Made by a program: the position numbers and the translations under genes | The notes under the pieces: model-generated | Databases searched by the model: none | What the model saw: the letters and a program-made list of their open reading frames with translations, nothing else | Told to the model about the DNA's origin: nothing | In this document: positions 62,031 to 64,000 of the stretch, piece after piece | How positions within the stretch are numbered: the stretch's first letter is position 1 | Layout: the number at the start of each line of letters is the position of its first letter | Origin: Octopus sinensis | Taxonomy: Eukaryota | NCBI RefSeq assembly: GCF_006345805.1 | Contig: NC_042997.1 | Span: 127,968,001 to 128,032,000 of the forward strand | Length of the DNA stretch: 64,000 bases | Direction: 5' to 3'

Positions 62031-63130
62031 GTACCCACCCTCTTTGCAATATATTTTGCTGTTGTGTTGTCACATGTTTTTCAAAACTCTGAGGAGAGTA
62101 TTTGCGTAAAATATCGAACAACAGGGAATGTTTTTAATCTGACTGAAATTCAAAGACTGAAATTCAAAACGAAGGTTTTTACTTCACTCAATAGGGAACT
62201 TTTGTACGCTGACGATTGCGACATATAAATAAAAATACAAAGCTAATTCTTTACAACTCATTCGTCTTACCATCCCTGTTGTATTCCTGTGAAACTTGAA
62301 CTTGTTAAAGAAGGCATTTTAAATTGTTGGAACAATTCCACCAAAAATGCCTTCATCGCATTTTAAAAATTAAATGAAGTTCTTTTACTTCAAACACAAA
62401 TGTCCTTGCATCTACAGGCATCACTTCAATTAAAGCTATGATTTTGAGGAACCAATTGAGATGGTGTGTTTATATTGTTCGAATGGCAGATGAACGCATG
62501 CCGAAACAGCTGTTTTATAGTGAGCTTGCAGAGGGGAAACGCTATCGGCGTAAACCTAAAAAAAAAAGGTTTTAGGACGGCATAACCACTACTATTAAGT
62601 CACTGGGAATGGTTCCAGAAGATATAGAAACCCTTGCTTCGGATCGAGTTGGATGGCGAACAAAGGTGTGGAGTGGAGTGAAAGCATTTGAAGAGGCCAG
62701 GATAACACAAGTAAGACTCAAAAGAGATTTAAGGAAGAATGTAACGATCGAGAAGGTGAATGACAATGACCTTTTTGTGTGCACAGTCTGTGACAGATCG
62801 TACCTGTCTTTTCCTAGCCTCAAATCTCATTTCCGAACGCATGGAAAACAAACCTCCACCAACTATTCTACCTATATGTCTGTGCACACCTTTGAATGCA
62901 GTGTATGCCAGAAGGTTTGAAAATCCAACGGAGGCCTCAAGATCCACAAAGAGCAGAACTTATCTGCAGCTCTTGGTGGTCTAAATCGGATGTGCAATCT
63001 ATGTAGGTGACTTTTCAGAAAATTGTCTGGTTTAAAAAGCCACATGCCATGATGATGCTAATGTGTAGGTACAGGAGGTGATCAAACTCTGCATAAGGAG
63101 TAGACAACCACCATAGATATGTATGCATGT
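62031..63130 (+). mobile_element. RTE LINE remnant (RT, C-terminus, three C2H2 fingers), internally deleted
   Basis: PTLFAIYF...YRTTGNVFNL...RELLYADDC; then LYNSFVLPSLLYSCET, RMPKQLFYSEL, LASDRVGWR; C2H2 fingers; short tatg tail. Confidence 0.92.
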
Positions 63131-63384
63131 AGGTCCGAGACTTGTTGATCGGCAAAAAGTAACGAACACTAACATCGCACTTTGGCCCCACCTGGTTCCT
63201 TTCTCTCATTATACACTCATATACCAAATTTCTCAAGCTGGGTTCATCATCATAAGCTGCTTATGCCATACCATTCGCGACGTTGCACTTACTAACTGAC
63301 ACTTTACACGTAAACCTTCACTTCTGTAACACAGACCATATCTTCAAACCCACCACTGAACTTCTATGTAAACATAATGTGAAC

Positions 63385-63656
63385 TCTGTTGTGTCTGGGG
63401 AGACTCATTTTCTTTTTGTGCCTTATAATTTAACACACTCACAGGTAAAATTTCCACTTATTTATTTTTATATTCCTAAAATTTTCGTTGTAAATATTTC
63501 AGTGTAAATAATGGACAGAGTCAAGACTATTGTAAATGTTGCATGACGCAACAAAAATTTTAGGAAGATAAAATAAGAAATAAGTGGAAATTTTATCGGT
63601 GAGTGTGTTAAATTATAAGGCACAAAAAGAAAATGACTCTCCCCAGACACAACAGA
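63385..63656. mobile_element. MITE-like foldback with ~110-bp inverted arms
   Basis: TCTGTTGTGTCTGGGGAG...TTCCACTTATT versus its complement ending CTCCCCAGACACAACAGA; outer ~75 bp has about 3 mismatches; ~50-bp spacer. Confidence 0.8.
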
Positions 63657-64000
63657 ATATGCTTCAACACACGAACTCACATAAAGAATCTTGCAAACCA
63701 AATCCCAAAACGAAATATAATGTAAACTACTGTTTTAATTTACCCTTCCTGAAAAAACTCCTCCTGAGAACGACTATATTCACCTAACCACCATTGGACA
63801 AAATAACATGGATCTTATAATACATCGCAGGAAGTCTGTATCTTATTTCCCCTTGCTATACCCAAATCATTATACTAAGATGTACTTCACTCACATCCTC
63901 ATGCGTGTTCTTATTCTTACTCCTATCTTTTTTTTCTGCTCTTTTTAAAAAAGACAAACACACTGTACCTATTATTAACTGTTTTTTATATGTATTAGCC

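Overview
Eukaryotic, repeat-saturated, gene-poor window with one 100-N gap (29771-29870). The SINE and microsatellite content looks like a coleoid cephalopod (octopus-type) genome; this is inference from recognised repeat families, not a database result. No host protein-coding gene can be called with confidence, and almost all listed ORFs are microsatellite or transposon artefacts. Supported content: about 30 tRNA-headed SINE copies of several families (my labels A-E), two CR1-like LINE remnants, three RTE remnants, one Tx1/L1-like LINE, one restriction-like-endonuclease (R4/Dong-type) LINE 3' end, two Penelope-like element (PLE) ORF remnants, two mariner remnants, a Merlin-like transposase fragment, MITE-like foldbacks, minisatellites and many microsatellites. 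Most interesting signal: four unrelated small non-coding elements carry minimal type-I hammerhead-ribozyme (HHR) motifs of the PLE type. One has a compensatory G3:C8 core swap (GUGAACA) that CUGANGA pattern searches would miss, and two are long foldback palindromes whose symmetry axis sits at the ribozyme motif. Also notable: a SINE that appears to target its own sequence and form seamless multimers, a 248-bp local inverted templated insertion, and 57- and 69-bp target-site duplications.
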